A DNA stretch of 63,462 bases, counting the filler, from Sphacelaria rigidula (Eukaryota), in NCBI GenBank assembly GCA_964200075.2. It is 10 parts of 10 records of this genome, joined end to end, with 100 filler letters (N's around TTAATTAATTAA, not from the genome) between each part and the next. Parts side by side here need not be neighbours in the genome. Positions count along the whole stretch, not along the records: positions 57,207 to 63,462 come from CAXNAA020021197.1; 9 more parts are not named here. The stretch is one strand, 5' to 3'. Below, piece after piece: positions 62,791 to 63,462 of the stretch. Both the position numbers and the translations under genes were made by a program. The notes under the pieces were generated by a model. The model was not told where the DNA came from and searched no databases. It was given only the letters and a program-made list of their open reading frames with translations. Within the stretch, counting starts at the first letter, position 1. Each line of letters begins with the position of its first letter.

Positions 62791-63462
62791 GGTACCATGA
62801 CGCACGTTGAGTGATGCCCCCTAATAACGAGAAGTCGACAATGACTACGAAAACGGAACACCTAGAGGTAGGACGTTCCAGAATTTTCCCTTTGGCACGA
62901 ACCTTTACGCATCGCAATGCATCCCCATGCATCACTTTCCGGCACCAAAGAGGGAAATAGTCAATTCGGGTATTATATTGGCCTGTCCCCGTATTTTCGG
63001 AACAAGTTTGAGCATTCTTCTCCGTGTTTGGCAACGCCGAAGTCAACGAACACGTTCGTAAAGCTCTATGATTTCTGTTTGTGTTGAGCTACCCAACCAA
63101 GTGGAACTTGTTTCGACATATATCTCGCAAACGTTGGTGTTCGACGGTTGCAATAAAACACGTTTGCTGCCCCCCCGCCCCCCCCCCTGCACACGAAATG
63201 CTCACCAAAATCGACAATGACTACGAGAACTGCAGACGCAGCTCGCAGACAGCAGCGAGCACGAAACAGATCAAACAAAGCAGCGAAAGATTCGCAGAAT
63301 CTTCCTCGGTGATGGTCTTCCACGCCCTGGTCCCTTGCGGAGTAACACCTACGGCGAAGATATCCACGAGTGGCGCGTGTAGGGAGGGGGGGGCGTACTC
63401 ATTTGTTGCTTGCCTTAGTCGTTTGACCATGAAGGGGGGGGGGGGGGGGGAGGGTAACGAGG

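Overview
This is eukaryotic nuclear DNA. Long MITE/SINE-filled introns and stramenopile-type Gypsy elements suggest a brown alga (inference). The window is not one locus. It is ten contigs of 6256-6257 bp joined by artificial 100-bp spacers (N44-TTAATTAATTAA-N44), so no synteny can be read across spacers. Recognisable host genes, all partial and spliced: an ABCC/MRP transporter (2 exons), BRCA2 (3 exons, with tandem BRC repeats), a Na+/K+-like P2C ATPase (4 exons, PQGL instead of PEGL), a HELLS/DDM1-like SNF2 remodeller (4 exons), a thioredoxin-like [2Fe-2S] ferredoxin (2 exons, GC-AG intron), a secreted-protein first exon and a tRNA-Glu(TTC). Mobile DNA: a decayed Copia, two decayed Gypsy elements (one with both LTRs and an RT deletion), an RTE-type LINE, an APE-LINE fragment, tRNA-derived SINEs, many MITEs (hAT-, Harbinger-, Tc1-, piggyBac- and Ginger-like) and a 63-bp minisatellite. 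Two signals are most unusual. First, a 596-bp insert in a HELLS intron encodes a decayed, very divergent and compact RNA-polymerase beta'/RPB1-like N-terminal region, possibly a relic of an uncharacterised virus or selfish element. Second, two related repeat families have one conserved end always abutting a poly(C)/poly(G) tract and a variably truncated other end, as expected for poly(C)-tailed, C-tract-targeting retroposons.
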